Shown piece by piece: positions 52,390 to 62,667 of a DNA stretch of 64,000 nucleotides. Below the pieces are notes generated by a model. That model searched no databases. It was not told the DNA's origin and was given only the letters and a program-made list of their open reading frames with translations. How positions within the stretch are numbered: the first letter of the stretch is position 1; each line of letters opens with the position of its first letter. Position numbers and translations under genes: made by a program. Source of the stretch: Phycisphaerales bacterium (GTDB lineage: Bacteria > Planctomycetota > Phycisphaerae > Phycisphaerales > UBA1924); the NCBI GenBank assembly GCA_013360675.1, contig JABWBB010000008.1, forward strand, positions 54,792 to 118,791. The letters are read 5' to 3'.

Positions 52390-55300
52390 TCAATCCCCGT
52401 CGATGCTGGTGCCCGAGGCTCCGATCCCGCTGATGCGGGCCTCGCCCACCGCGCCGTAGGGCACGAGCACAAAGCCCAGGCTTGTCTCGCCCGAGATGTC
52501 GTTGTAGCCCACGTTGACGCCGAACATGAGGCTGGCGAAGCGTCGGCGCACCTCGACCCCGCCGCCCTGGATCCCGCCGCGGGTGGCGTCGTAACTGCCC
52601 GCCAGCGCGATGGCGTATTTGCTGGTCAGGTCGTACTGCGTGCCCACCGAGATGATGGTCGAGTCCTGGCTGTTGATGTACCTGGCGTCGATGCCCGAGA
52701 TGAACCCGGGCGCGTGATAGATCAGCAGGCCAGTGCTGGCCATGGCCTGCTGGTTCTTGTCGAAGTCGAAGACGCTCGACCCGGTGAGGGCGAAGGCGTC
52801 GGTGACGCGCCACATCGCGTCGGCCACGAGGTATTCGCCCGGGTTCGAGTATTCGGGGCGGAAGTCGTAGTAGCGCCCGATGGGCCCGCGCGGATCGGCG
52901 TCGCCCGACGAAACGACCACGTGCGTGTCGAGGGTGAGCACGTCGGTGCTGTGCCAGCGGCCCGCCCCGCCGCGCTGCGTCTGGAGCACCTGCGTCAGGC
53001 CGACCTTGGCGATAGCGCCGTCGGCCAGGGCCTCGATCGATTCGTCATAGACCGGGAGCAGTCGAGACTCGACGCTGGTGCCCGCGATCCAGACCGAGGC
53101 GTTGGGCTCGAGCACGTGGCGCAGGCGGTGCAGGTCGAGCACGCGCGATTCGACATCCTCATACACACGCGAGACCGTCGTCGATACCCGCACGCCCGCG
53201 GCGGACCAGAGGCGGATGTCGTCCCCGCGCCCGGCGTTGTACGAAGAGAAGTCGTCGTCATACGCCGTCACGCGGCCCACGACAAAGGGCGTGACGATCG
53301 CCGGGCCCCAGGGAATCTTCGCCGCCAGTTCGTGGCGTGTGTCGAGGCGGTGCACGGCGTCTTCGGTCAGGCCCGCGGCCCGCAGCGCGTCGCCCGGGCT
53401 CTGCGTGGGGGTGATGCCAAAGGCCCGCTGAGCGCGGGCGAGTGAGTTCATGCCGCGCGATGCGGCGGTGTTCTCGTCGAACTGCAGTTCGAGGCGTCCG
53501 GCGCGATACTCGGAGAAGTACGTGAGCGAGCCGGGAAAGGACTCGTAGAGCACGTCGTCGGCGAGGCGGACGTACGCGACCTCGGGCAGTTTGGCGACGC
53601 TGTAGCCCTGGCTCTGGAGCAGGTATTCGTTGGCGACAAAGTCGTTGAGCGAGCCCTTGGCCTGAGCGGTGAAGACCGTGTTCTCGCCCGTGCGCTGGGC
53701 GAGCAGGCGGTTGGTGAACTCGCGCCGGTTCTTGCCCAGCGACTCGAAATAGGCGGGCACGAAGGATTCGTCGCTGATGTACGAGCCCTCGGCGAGCAGG
53801 GTCCACGATTCGCTCATGCGCCAGCGCTGTTCGGCGGTGAGAATGCCGCGGACACCCGTATCACGGTTGACCGTCGCGCCCGTGGGCATGCGGTCATCGC
53901 CCCGGTCGGGGAGCAGGCCGTAGACGAACGCGCGACCCTTGGAGTTCTCGCTCTCCCAGCGGGTGTCGGTGCCGAGGGCCGGCCCGCGCTCGAAGTAGAG
54001 GTCGGCGATGAGCTCGCTCGAGAAGCCCTCGGGGGGCTTGCGCCCCATCAGGGCGTGCGCGTTCCAACGCGTCTTGATCGAGCCGCCCATGCCCGTGCGG
54101 TTCTCGAACCGGAAATCCTTCAGCGGGAAGAGTTCGGGGTCGCCCCGGTAGTAAGGCCACCAGAAGAAGGGCACGCTTCCGGCCCGCAGCGTGACGTTCT
54201 TGGCCTCCGCCGTGGTGGCGGTCTGGACCTGCGCGGGCGAATCGGGCGTGGCGGGGATGACCTTGTCCTCGCGCGTGATCGTCACGCTCGACGCGCCGAT
54301 CGAGAACTCGGGGTCGAAGAACGCCGTGTTGGTGAAGACCGCCTTGGTCGCCGTGAACTGCTGGCTCGATTCCTGGCGGATCGACTCGGCCCGCACATAG
54401 AGCGGCACGCGCCGACGCTCGTCATACGTCCAGAAGACCGCATCGAGCAGCACGGCCTTGTTCGCGCGCAGGTCGTAGTAGATCTGCGGCCCGCGGAGTG
54501 TGTACTTGCCGTCCGTTGCCGTCACGTCCCCCTCGAGATAGATCCCGCGCACCTGTTCGACGCTGAGACGCGCAAAATCGGCCAGCGGGCCCGGGTCGAG
54601 GAAGATGACGGCACGCTGCGCGGTGAGTTGGAGGGTGCGACGCGTGGATTGATCGAAGTAGGCGACGGTCACGCCGTCCGACGCCATCACCGCGTTCTCG
54701 GTTTCACCCGAGACCACCGTGACGTTGCCGGGCGAGACGCTGATGATGCCCTGACGCGCGAAGATCGGGGCGGGAGGGGCCCCCTCGAGGCGGCGGGTGA
54801 GTTCGCCCGCGGTGGGCAGCCCATCACGACGCTGGGTCAGCCCCGTGAGCGGTGGGGCGTCGGGGTTGAGCTGGCGGTTAATCACCCGGGCCAGCACGTC
54901 CTCGGCCTCGAGCACGAACTCGGCGTCGGCGGCGCTGCGCCCACGCTGCTGTGGGCGGCCATCGGTCACAAGGTCGGCGGCGAGATCGATCGGGGCCTCG
55001 AGCAGGATCATCGCCCGCACAGGCAAGCGCGGGGCCGAGATCGAGACCGCGCCCGATGCAGCGGCGGTGGTGCCCACCTCGTCAAAGTAGACAAAGACCT
55101 GCTGGATCGCCTTGCCCTCGGCCTCACCTACGCGTTCGATCCAGACCGACGCCCGCTTGGCCTCGAACGAATACTGCGCCAGGCGGACGCGGACGCGCCC
55201 GGTGATCAGCAGACGACGGCAGGCCCCCTCGGACCAGTGGGCGATGTGCGTCCCGGCAAAGTGGATGGTGCCCGCCACGGGCTGCTGGAGGAACTGCACG

Positions 55301-55434
55301 CCCGCGAAGTCGCGCCCGGTGATCGGGCCGCCGGCAAACGAGGGAATCTGCGCGAGGGCCGGCGTAATGGCCGGCGTCAGGCACAGCGGGGCACCCAGGA
55401 GTGCGCCGAGAAAGAGTCCCCTCGTCCTTCGCAT
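52390..55434 (-). CDS. Large outer-membrane beta-barrel protein, LptD/OstA-like
   Basis: ATG 55434. Signal MRRTRGLFLGALLGAPLCLTPAITPALA. About 1000 aa with alternating beta-strand-like sequence and an aromatic-rich C-terminal region. The LptD assignment rests on size and architecture only. Confidence 0.6.
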   Translation of the reverse strand: MRRTRGLFLGALLGAPLCLTPAITPALAQIPSFAGGPITGRDFAGVQFLQQPVAGTIHFAGTHIAHWSEGACRRLLITGRVRVRLAQYSFEAKRASVWIERVGEAEGKAIQQVFVYFDEVGTTAAASGAVSISAPRLPVRAMILLEAPIDLAADLVTDGRPQQRGRSAADAEFVLEAEDVLARVINRQLNPDAPPLTGLTQRRDGLPTAGELTRRLEGAPPAPIFARQGIISVSPGNVTVVSGETENAVMASDGVTVAYFDQSTRRTLQLTAQRAVIFLDPGPLADFARLSVEQVRGIYLEGDVTATDGKYTLRGPQIYYDLRANKAVLLDAVFWTYDERRRVPLYVRAESIRQESSQQFTATKAVFTNTAFFDPEFSIGASSVTITREDKVIPATPDSPAQVQTATTAEAKNVTLRAGSVPFFWWPYYRGDPELFPLKDFRFENRTGMGGSIKTRWNAHALMGRKPPEGFSSELIADLYFERGPALGTDTRWESENSKGRAFVYGLLPDRGDDRMPTGATVNRDTGVRGILTAEQRWRMSESWTLLAEGSYISDESFVPAYFESLGKNRREFTNRLLAQRTGENTVFTAQAKGSLNDFVANEYLLQSQGYSVAKLPEVAYVRLADDVLYESFPGSLTYFSEYRAGRLELQFDENTAASRGMNSLARAQRAFGITPTQSPGDALRAAGLTEDAVHRLDTRHELAAKIPWGPAIVTPFVVGRVTAYDDDFSSYNAGRGDDIRLWSAAGVRVSTTVSRVYEDVESRVLDLHRLRHVLEPNASVWIAGTSVESRLLPVYDESIEALADGAIAKVGLTQVLQTQRGGAGRWHSTDVLTLDTHVVVSSGDADPRGPIGRYYDFRPEYSNPGEYLVADAMWRVTDAFALTGSSVFDFDKNQQAMASTGLLIYHAPGFISGIDARYINSQDSTIISVGTQYDLTSKYAIALAGSYDATRGGIQGGGVEVRRRFASLMFGVNVGYNDISGETSLGFVLVPYGAVGEARISGIGASGTSIDGD

Positions 55435-55493
55435 GGGCGGGATGCTACCCGACTCGGCGGCCGCTCGCCGGAGGCGTGGGGATGAACCGTGTC

Positions 55494-57359
55494 TTAGGGC
55501 TTGGTATCGCCGGAGTTGTCCCCGGGCCAAGGCTGGCCCAGCCATGTGGTATACGCGGCGCGGGCCTTGTCGTCTGCGTCCTTGAGGCGTCGGACGAGCA
55601 GTTTGCCCTTCGGGCGGGCGGCGAGCGTCAGGTGCGTCTCTCGCATCTGGTCATTGCGGAAGTACGTGATCGTCAGCGTGTCGCCCGGTGTACGCCGCTC
55701 GAGGAGTTTGTCCCAGTCCGCGACGCGCAGCCGATGCGCGTCAACCGCGACGATCACGTCGCCCGGGATCAGCCCCGCGTTTGTGCCCGGGCCCGGCGAG
55801 CGCACCTCGGTGACCCCCGCGGCCCCGCCCTGGTCGGTGAGCGTCAGGCCCGAGTCGGGGATCGACTCGTCCCCTTTTTCGCGGTGGAGTTCAAGGCCGC
55901 AGGTGCGCAGGGCGGCTTCGAAATCGAGATCGCCCGTGCCGTCGATGGCGTGAGCGAAGAACTCGCCAAAGTCGCCGGCGAGATCGGCCAGGATCGTGCG
56001 CACGTCGTCGGTGGTGTAGCCCTTGTCTGGGTTGGGGAAGCGTTCAAAGAGGGCACGCATGAGCGTGTCGAGCGAGCGGTCGTTGCCCGTGCGAGCGCGG
56101 ATGGACATGTCGAGGATCAGGCTGGCCAGCGCGCCCTTGTCGTAGAACGAGATGGTGCTGTTGGCCGCGTCGGCGTTGCGACGGTTGTACTTGATCCAGG
56201 CGTCGAAGCTCGAATCGCGCAGGCTCTGCACGCTGTTGCCCGGACGCTGGCGAAGGGCGTCGATCGACTCACCCAGGGCCTTGAGATAGTCGTCGGGTTT
56301 CATCAGCCCCGCGCGGACGAGGACGAGGTCCTCGTAGTAACTGGTCGTGCCCTCGGCAACCCAAAGGAGTTCGGTGTAGTTCTCCTTCTGGTAGTCATAC
56401 GGCACCAGGCCCGCGGGGCGGAAGCGCTTGACGTTCCAGGTGTGGAAGATCTCGTGCGAGACGAGCGAGAGGAAGCGACGGTGCCGGGCCTCGTCGTGGA
56501 AGGCCTCGGGTGGGGCCTGGATGACGGTCGAGTTGAGGTGCTCGGTCCCGCCACGGGCGCCCGGGTAGCAGTGCAGCAGGAAGACGTAGCGGTCGTAGGG
56601 GAGAGTGCCGAAGATCGCCTTCTGTGTGCGCACGATCGCGGCGATGGCGTCGGGGGTCTTGGTGTACAGATTGGTTTCGCGCAGGGCCTGGCTGGGCGTT
56701 GCGCCGGTCCAGAGGACCAGTTCGTGGGGCACGTTGTCGACGTCGAAGGTCGTCCGGTGGTGCTGGCCGATTTCGATAGGGGAATCGACGAGCACGTCAA
56801 AGTCTGGAGCGGTGATGGTCCAGCCGGCGGCGTTGGGCTCGGAGGCCATGCCCGTGGCGATTTGCCAATCCGTCGCATTCGGTGGCGGCGTGAGCGAGAC
56901 CTCAACCGGGAGCGAGCGCCACGCGTCGGCGTAGAGGAAGGTCGTCGACGGGCTCATGAAGGCGTGGGTGTCGTCGGCGTGTCGCGTCCGATTGTCGAGC
57001 GACGCGGCCCACACCTCGTAGGCCACGCGGATGCGTGGGTGACCTCCGGTGGTGACCCGCCATGTGGACTTGTCGACCTTGACGACGTCGAGGGGCTGGG
57101 CGTCGGGGCCGCGGGCCTTGAGGGTGCGGATGGTGCCGGCCTGATCCAGGATGGCGTAGAGGCCCGGTCGCCAGACTGGCAGACGCACATCGACGCTGTC
57201 CGTGCTCACGCCTTCGAGCGTCATCTCGATCGAGATGACCTGGGCCGCGGCGTGGGACAGATCGACGCGATATCGAACCGGCCCCGTCTGGGCGCGAGCC
57301 AGCGTACAGAGGCATGCCAAGATGACGAAACCCAGCGAACGCGTGGTCAAGAGGCTCAT
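55494..57359 (-). CDS. M61 family glycyl aminopeptidase with C-terminal PDZ domain
   Basis: Signal MSLLTTRSLGFVILACLCTLARA. Zinc motif VSHEIFHTWNVKR. PDZ-like GLIPGDVIVAVDAHRL. The start overlaps the hmgA stop (ATGA). Confidence 0.85.
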   Translation of the reverse strand: MSLLTTRSLGFVILACLCTLARAQTGPVRYRVDLSHAAAQVISIEMTLEGVSTDSVDVRLPVWRPGLYAILDQAGTIRTLKARGPDAQPLDVVKVDKSTWRVTTGGHPRIRVAYEVWAASLDNRTRHADDTHAFMSPSTTFLYADAWRSLPVEVSLTPPPNATDWQIATGMASEPNAAGWTITAPDFDVLVDSPIEIGQHHRTTFDVDNVPHELVLWTGATPSQALRETNLYTKTPDAIAAIVRTQKAIFGTLPYDRYVFLLHCYPGARGGTEHLNSTVIQAPPEAFHDEARHRRFLSLVSHEIFHTWNVKRFRPAGLVPYDYQKENYTELLWVAEGTTSYYEDLVLVRAGLMKPDDYLKALGESIDALRQRPGNSVQSLRDSSFDAWIKYNRRNADAANSTISFYDKGALASLILDMSIRARTGNDRSLDTLMRALFERFPNPDKGYTTDDVRTILADLAGDFGEFFAHAIDGTGDLDFEAALRTCGLELHREKGDESIPDSGLTLTDQGGAAGVTEVRSPGPGTNAGLIPGDVIVAVDAHRLRVADWDKLLERRTPGDTLTITYFRNDQMRETHLTLAARPKGKLLVRRLKDADDKARAAYTTWLGQPWPGDNSGDTKP

Positions 57360-58690
57360 GGTGCCCAGACATTAGCGACATTGCGGTGATCGAAGACCGG
57401 GACATTGCCCGACTTGGCCTCGGCCTCGGCGCTCAGGCGGATCTTGCCGCTGGTCAACCCCGGGAAGTGCTCGCCCTGCCAGGAGGCGGGGTAGGCGGTG
57501 TCGTCCATGTCGAGGGCGGCCTTGGTGGGGAAGAGCGGGCGGAAGGTATCGCACATGACGGCGAGTTCGTGGGTCCACGTGGCCTTGAGGGAAGCCTCGA
57601 GCGTGCCCGGGTGCGGGCCATGGGGAATGCCCTGCGGGTGCAGCGTGAGGCTGCCGACCTCGATGCCCTTGCGTGAGCCGAAGTTGCCCTCGACGTAGTA
57701 GAGGACCTCGTCGCTGTCGAGGTTGGAGTGGTTGTAGGGGACCTTGATGGCCTGCGGGTGGTAGTCGAGCATGCGCGGGGCGAAGGTGCAGATGACGAAG
57801 TTGTGGGCCTCGAAAGTCTGGTGGATGGGCGGGGGCATGTGGAGCATGCCGGTGATGGGGCTGAAGTCGTCGGCGTTGAAGATGAAGGGGTAGTAGCAGC
57901 CGTCCCATCCGACGACATCGAGCGGGTGATAGTGGTAGACGTACTCGTGGATGAGATCGCGGGCCTTGATGCGGACGGGGAAATCACCCTTCTCGTCCCA
58001 GGTCATCGGGAACTCGGGGATCCGGAAATCGCGCTCGCACATGGGCGCGTGCTCGAGGAACTGGCTCGTGGTTTTACTGACGTAGCGAGGGGGTGGGCCG
58101 ATGTGGCTGCCGTTGGTCGTCTCGATGAGCAGGACCTTGCCGAAGGGGCAATCGGCGATGGGCGGGCCGTTGTCGGTGGGCTTGCCGTCGGGCCCATTGG
58201 TGCGCTGATCCCAGATGATGGTGTAGATGACGCCCTTGGGAATGACGAGATAATCGCGCGGGCCGAACTTGAGCGTGCCCAGCATGGTGTGGCAGATGCC
58301 CGAGCCGAAGTGGATGAAAAGGCATTCGTCGCCCTGTCCATTCTTGTAGTGATACGCCATCTGCTCGCTGGGGTTGCAGACGGCCATCTCGCAGTCGGAG
58401 TTGCCGAAGAGGACGACACGCCCGGTGACGAAATCGCCCTTGGGCTTCATCGGGGCGGACTTGACGTGGCGCATCCGCATGATGTCGCGCTCGACGTACT
58501 CGACGGCGGTGGAGTAGAGGGGCTTCCACCCGTACACCTGCGTGGGCGGGTGGATGTGGTACATCGTCGTCGTCGGGCCCACGAAGCCCTCGGTGCCGAA
58601 GACCTCCTCGGAATAGAGGCAGCCGTCGGGGCGGCGAAACTGAACGTGGCGCTTCTTGGGGAGAAGGCCGAGTTTGGTGTAGTACGCCAT
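57356..58690 (-). CDS. hmgA: Homogentisate 1,2-dioxygenase-like cupin dioxygenase
   Basis: GGAGG SD. The C-terminal region YNHSNLDSDEVLYYVEGNFGSRKGIEVGSLTLHPQGIPHGPHPG parallels the HGD metal-site region (H.N..SE ... SLH ... PHGP), by eye. Confidence 0.6.
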   Translation of the reverse strand: MAYYTKLGLLPKKRHVQFRRPDGCLYSEEVFGTEGFVGPTTTMYHIHPPTQVYGWKPLYSTAVEYVERDIMRMRHVKSAPMKPKGDFVTGRVVLFGNSDCEMAVCNPSEQMAYHYKNGQGDECLFIHFGSGICHTMLGTLKFGPRDYLVIPKGVIYTIIWDQRTNGPDGKPTDNGPPIADCPFGKVLLIETTNGSHIGPPPRYVSKTTSQFLEHAPMCERDFRIPEFPMTWDEKGDFPVRIKARDLIHEYVYHYHPLDVVGWDGCYYPFIFNADDFSPITGMLHMPPPIHQTFEAHNFVICTFAPRMLDYHPQAIKVPYNHSNLDSDEVLYYVEGNFGSRKGIEVGSLTLHPQGIPHGPHPGTLEASLKATWTHELAVMCDTFRPLFPTKAALDMDDTAYPASWQGEHFPGLTSGKIRLSAEAEAKSGNVPVFDHRNVANVWAP

Positions 58691-58798
58691 GGGGAAGACC
58701 TCCAGGTACGAGACCTTGGATGGTACGCGCAGCGGACATGCGGGGCCTGATATGCAGGCAAGGTATGTCCCCGGGATATGTTCCCGGGCTGTCGTGCT

Positions 58799-59848
58799 CT
58801 AGGTCTTCGGCGTTTCGTGTGAAAGCCGGGCCAGCAGGGTCAGCACGCGCGGGGCGGCTCCGGATGAGACAGCCTCACGCGCCATCGAGTAGCCCTGGGC
58901 AAGATCGGACGCGGCGCCCGCGACCACGAGGGCCCCGGCGGCATTGAGGCAGACGATGTCGAGGCAGGGGCCGGGCGAAGCCGCGAGCACTTCGCGGGCG
59001 ATGCGGACAGCGTGCTCGAGATCGTCGGCGAGGAGGGAATCTCGAGTCGGGGTAGCGAGCCCGAGCTGAGCGGGGTCGATGGTGCGGTGAGTGACGTTGC
59101 CTTCCGCGACGCTGGCGACGTTGGTGAGGCCCAGCGAGCTGATTTCATCCATCTGGCCTTCGCCGTGCACGACCCAGGCGCGCGAGGAGCCAAGGCGGGC
59201 CAGCGCTTCACCCATGAGCGGAACCAGGGCGGGGCTATAGATGCCCAGGAGTTGGTGAGTTGCACGAGCGGGGTTGGTGAGAGGCCCGAGAAGATTGAAG
59301 ATTGTCGGAAAGCCCAGCGAGGCCCGGGCGGGGGCGGCGTGCTTCGCCGTGGGATGATGATTCACCGCGAAGCAGAAACAGACACCCGCCTCGCGGAGAC
59401 AGCGGGATTGCAAGGCGGGGGTGGCGTCGATGTTGACTCCGAGCGACGCGAGGAGTTCCGCGCTCCCGCGACCGGTGCGGCTGCGGTTGCCGTGCTTGGC
59501 AACCCGAACGGGATGGGGCGAATCCGGCGGTGCGGCGGCGGCGGTGACGATGGCGGCGAGTGTGGAGATGTTGAAGGTCTTGGGCGCGCCGCCCGTGCCG
59601 CAGGTATCGAGCACGACGCCGGACAAAGAGTCGGTGTCCGGGATGGGTGTGACATGGGCGCGCATAGCCAAGGCTCCGGCCACGAGTTCGTCGCAAGTAA
59701 CGCCCCGGGTCTGCATGAGGGCGAGGGCGGCGGCGATCTGGGCGTGATCGAGGCGTCCGGCGAAGAGGTCGTCGAAGAAGGAGTCGGCCAACGCGGGGGA
59801 AAGGCGCTCGCCGGCGACCAGGCAGGAAAGGACCTCGCGGATAGGCAT
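58799..59848 (-). CDS. trpD: Anthranilate phosphoribosyltransferase
   Basis: ATG 59848 (MPIREVLSCLVAGERLS). Motifs DTCGTGGAPKTFNISTLAA, AKHGNRSRTGRGSAELL, NLLGPLTNPA. The track ORF is over-extended to 60004. Confidence 0.9.
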   Translation of the reverse strand: MPIREVLSCLVAGERLSPALADSFFDDLFAGRLDHAQIAAALALMQTRGVTCDELVAGALAMRAHVTPIPDTDSLSGVVLDTCGTGGAPKTFNISTLAAIVTAAAAPPDSPHPVRVAKHGNRSRTGRGSAELLASLGVNIDATPALQSRCLREAGVCFCFAVNHHPTAKHAAPARASLGFPTIFNLLGPLTNPARATHQLLGIYSPALVPLMGEALARLGSSRAWVVHGEGQMDEISSLGLTNVASVAEGNVTHRTIDPAQLGLATPTRDSLLADDLEHAVRIAREVLAASPGPCLDIVCLNAAGALVVAGAASDLAQGYSMAREAVSSGAAPRVLTLLARLSHETPKT

Positions 59849-59901
59849 GTGACTGATATCGGCCCACGCACACGCCCTGCACCAGCCTCGTACAGTGAGG
59901 A

Positions 59902-62664
59902 GTGACCCAGAACACCTGCACCAGGACGAGGGTTGTTGCCGCCAGGGCCGCTCGCCGGCGCCTGATGGCCAGCCTGCTGTTGCGCCTGGGCCATTGGCTG
60001 ACAATCGGGGCGGGCACGGGGCTGATTGGCGTCGGCCTGTTGCGGCTGCTTGGGCAGGTCGGGGGCGCGATCGTTATCGCGGGAGCGATGATGGTCGGGC
60101 TGGGTGTTGCGATCGCCATGGCCGTGCGTGACCGTTGGGACGAATCACGAGCCGCGCGAGAGCTCGATCGCGTGCTGGGGCTCAAGGATCGGCTCTCGTC
60201 AGGGCTGGCGATGCACGAGGCTGCGGGTGGGTTTGCGCGTGTTGCGGTGGATGCGGCCGAGGCGACGGCGGCGGAGGTTGACTCGGCGAAGGCTGTTCCT
60301 GTTCGCATACCGCGGACGCATCTGGTTTGGCCACTGGTACTCGCGGGGGCGATCGCGGCGTTGCGGTTGCCTGTCGTGCGGTGGGAAGGTGAATCGATAC
60401 CGCCACCGGATCGCGGAGTGATCGCGCACGCGGTGGACCAGGTGCAGCAGGCAGCGGCAGCGATCGAACAGATAGAACGAGCGGCCGATATGCCGGGATT
60501 GGATGAGTACGCCGCCGAGATCGCCTCGATCGAACGCGAGTTGGAATCGGGACGGAGCGACGCGAACGGGGCGTTGGCGCAGAGCGCCAAAGCGCTCGAC
60601 GCAGCGGGGCGTCGCATCGAGGAACGCGCCCGCGAGCAGACGCAGGCGATTGAACAACTGAGAGAGAACCTGGCGCGGGCGGGGGAGATCGCGGACGAGC
60701 GAGCCGCGTCCCTGGCGAGGTCGATCGCCAAGGGAGACATGGAGGCGGCGGCGCGAGAAGCATCGCGTTTGAGCGCCGACGCGGCGACGATGCCCGCCGA
60801 GGAGCGAGAGCGGATCGCACGCGGGCTCGAGGAGATGGCCAGAGCGATCGACGGTTCAATGAGCGAGGGCGAGCTAAAGGATGCGCAGCCCTCAACTGCT
60901 CAAGGAGACACGGGCGAGACTTCAACGTTGCCCGCGAAGGAACGCGTGAATGAACCGGCGGAGGGGAAGGATCAGGCCAGTCGGGAGCGGACGGCGGGGG
61001 ATGAAAAGGCCGCGCCAACGGTGGATCCGAGAGAGCCCGTAGCCGAGAAGCCCGAGTCGTCATCGACCAAGCCGACCGAGAATGATCGCGCGCCTGAAAC
61101 AAAGCCTGGGGAGAAGCCACCATCGGAATCGAGCGAAGGTTCGGCGTCTACGCCGCAAGACGAGGGTCAAACGGGGAGAGATGGTTCGACGACTCCGAAC
61201 GAGCGCGTTCGTGATGCGCTGCGCGAGGCGGCGGAGGAGTTGCGACGTTCCGGGCAGGATGGGACCACGCCACCCGGGGACCAGCAGCGAAAGCCAGAGC
61301 AGGGCGCGAAGCCGACGCGGGATTCGCCACCGACCAAGCCCGGTGAGAAGCAATCGGAGAAGCCGGGCGACCCAACGGGTGTGCGGCCGGGAGAAAAATC
61401 AGGGGATAAACCAGCCCGGCGACCTGGCGAGAATACTGGTGAAGTACAGGGCGAGAAGACGGGCGAGCAACCTGGCGAGAAGCCGGGAGACAAGCCCGGC
61501 CAGCCGCGGCGTGAACCTTCACCCTCATCCCCAACAGGTCAGCCTGAACAGCGCGAGCCGGGAGCGATGGGTCCAGTCGAGAAACCCTCGCCGTCGGTGG
61601 AGCCAAGGCCAGAGGGCGTGACGCCAGGGGAACGCCCCGCAGCGGGCGACCGCCCCTCGCCTGGGAAAAACGAGTCGGGCACGAAACCACAAGAATCAAC
61701 TGAGCCAAGTGGCGAACCATCGGCGCCGGAAGTATCAAAGGAACAACAGCCTCCCAAGGGCACGCAGGGGGCGCCCGATTCAGGCGTGACAACACCTGCT
61801 CCAGGGCAGCAATCGGTGCCCGGTCCCTCATCACAATCGCCCGATGCCGGGGCCACGCCGAGGCAAAGCAGGCCCGGCGAGCCCGGGCAGGACGGCACGC
61901 GAGTGCCGCGGCCTGCGACCGATGGGACACCGGGTGAAGTACTTTCGGATACGTCAGCCCTGCCTGGTGGTGACGCGAAGCCCTCGCCCACGGGCACGAA
62001 GCCGACGAGAGAGGGTCAGTCGCCTTCACAGGGCGGCGAGGGTGTGAAGCCGCCCGATGCGGGCACGATGAAACCGGGTGGTGATGCCTCGGGTCCCACG
62101 CCGACCGATGCAGAAATCCCGGACGCAAAGGGGTTGGAACGCCTGGAAAAAGAACTGCTTCGCATGGCCGAAGAAGGGCGCACGATCGACAGGCGGCTGC
62201 TCGAGTCGCAATCGCTCCGCGAACAGGCCAGGCGGATGCTCGATCAGGCTAGCCCCGAACAGCGCGAGCGGCTCGAAGATCTGGCCCAGCGCCTGATAGG
62301 GGGCGAGGGATCGAAGCGCGGCGGGCCAATAACGCCACCTACGCCAAGGCGCGAACTCGACCAGGTGCCTACGGCTCCCGTGGATGCGAGGGGTACGGCG
62401 CCCGATGCTGGCGGGCCGACGATCGCGCAGTGGCTGGGCGAGGGCGAGCGGGGCGTGCCGCAGCGGGAGCGATTGGCCGAGGGGGTGCGACGGGCGGCCG
62501 CGGGGATCGAGCAATCGCTCGAGCAGCAGGCGGTGCCGGCGCGTCATGGAGACTTTGTCCGGCGCGTCTTTGAGCGATATGTGCGCCGTGCGCAGTCGCC
62601 GGGAGCGGAGGGATCGTCCTCGCCGCCTGTACTGCAGGATGCGCCCGACGCGCCGCGTCGATAA
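59902..62664 (+). CDS. Large membrane-anchored protein with coiled-coil region and long Pro/Glu/Lys/Gly-rich low-complexity region
   Basis: N-terminal TM pair (LLLRLGHWLTIGAGTGLIGVGLL, AIVIAGAMMVGLGVAIAMAV). Ala/Glu/Arg-rich helical part. About 330 aa of PGEKx-type degenerate repeats. Ordered C-terminal about 150 aa. Start uncertain: GTG 59902 or ATG 59965. Confidence 0.75.
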   Translation: MTQNTCTRTRVVAARAARRRLMASLLLRLGHWLTIGAGTGLIGVGLLRLLGQVGGAIVIAGAMMVGLGVAIAMAVRDRWDESRAARELDRVLGLKDRLSSGLAMHEAAGGFARVAVDAAEATAAEVDSAKAVPVRIPRTHLVWPLVLAGAIAALRLPVVRWEGESIPPPDRGVIAHAVDQVQQAAAAIEQIERAADMPGLDEYAAEIASIERELESGRSDANGALAQSAKALDAAGRRIEERAREQTQAIEQLRENLARAGEIADERAASLARSIAKGDMEAAAREASRLSADAATMPAEERERIARGLEEMARAIDGSMSEGELKDAQPSTAQGDTGETSTLPAKERVNEPAEGKDQASRERTAGDEKAAPTVDPREPVAEKPESSSTKPTENDRAPETKPGEKPPSESSEGSASTPQDEGQTGRDGSTTPNERVRDALREAAEELRRSGQDGTTPPGDQQRKPEQGAKPTRDSPPTKPGEKQSEKPGDPTGVRPGEKSGDKPARRPGENTGEVQGEKTGEQPGEKPGDKPGQPRREPSPSSPTGQPEQREPGAMGPVEKPSPSVEPRPEGVTPGERPAAGDRPSPGKNESGTKPQESTEPSGEPSAPEVSKEQQPPKGTQGAPDSGVTTPAPGQQSVPGPSSQSPDAGATPRQSRPGEPGQDGTRVPRPATDGTPGEVLSDTSALPGGDAKPSPTGTKPTREGQSPSQGGEGVKPPDAGTMKPGGDASGPTPTDAEIPDAKGLERLEKELLRMAEEGRTIDRRLLESQSLREQARRMLDQASPEQRERLEDLAQRLIGGEGSKRGGPITPPTPRRELDQVPTAPVDARGTAPDAGGPTIAQWLGEGERGVPQRERLAEGVRRAAAGIEQSLEQQAVPARHGDFVRRVFERYVRRAQSPGAEGSSSPPVLQDAPDAPRR

Positions 62665-62667
62665 GCC

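Noticed and set aside
55401-57389. 662-aa plus-strand ORF
   Set aside because: It is antisense to the M61 peptidase gene, which has an HExxH motif and a PDZ domain. The ORF has Arg/Gly/Val-rich shadow composition, no motifs and no SD.
59235-60740. 501-aa minus-strand ORF; also 62026..63564 (512 aa) and 61148..62128 (326 aa), all on the minus strand
   Set aside because: They are antisense to trpD, the large membrane protein and the Bat-like gene. All are extremely Arg/Pro/Ser/Ala-rich with no motifs. They are shadow ORFs of GC-rich coding DNA.
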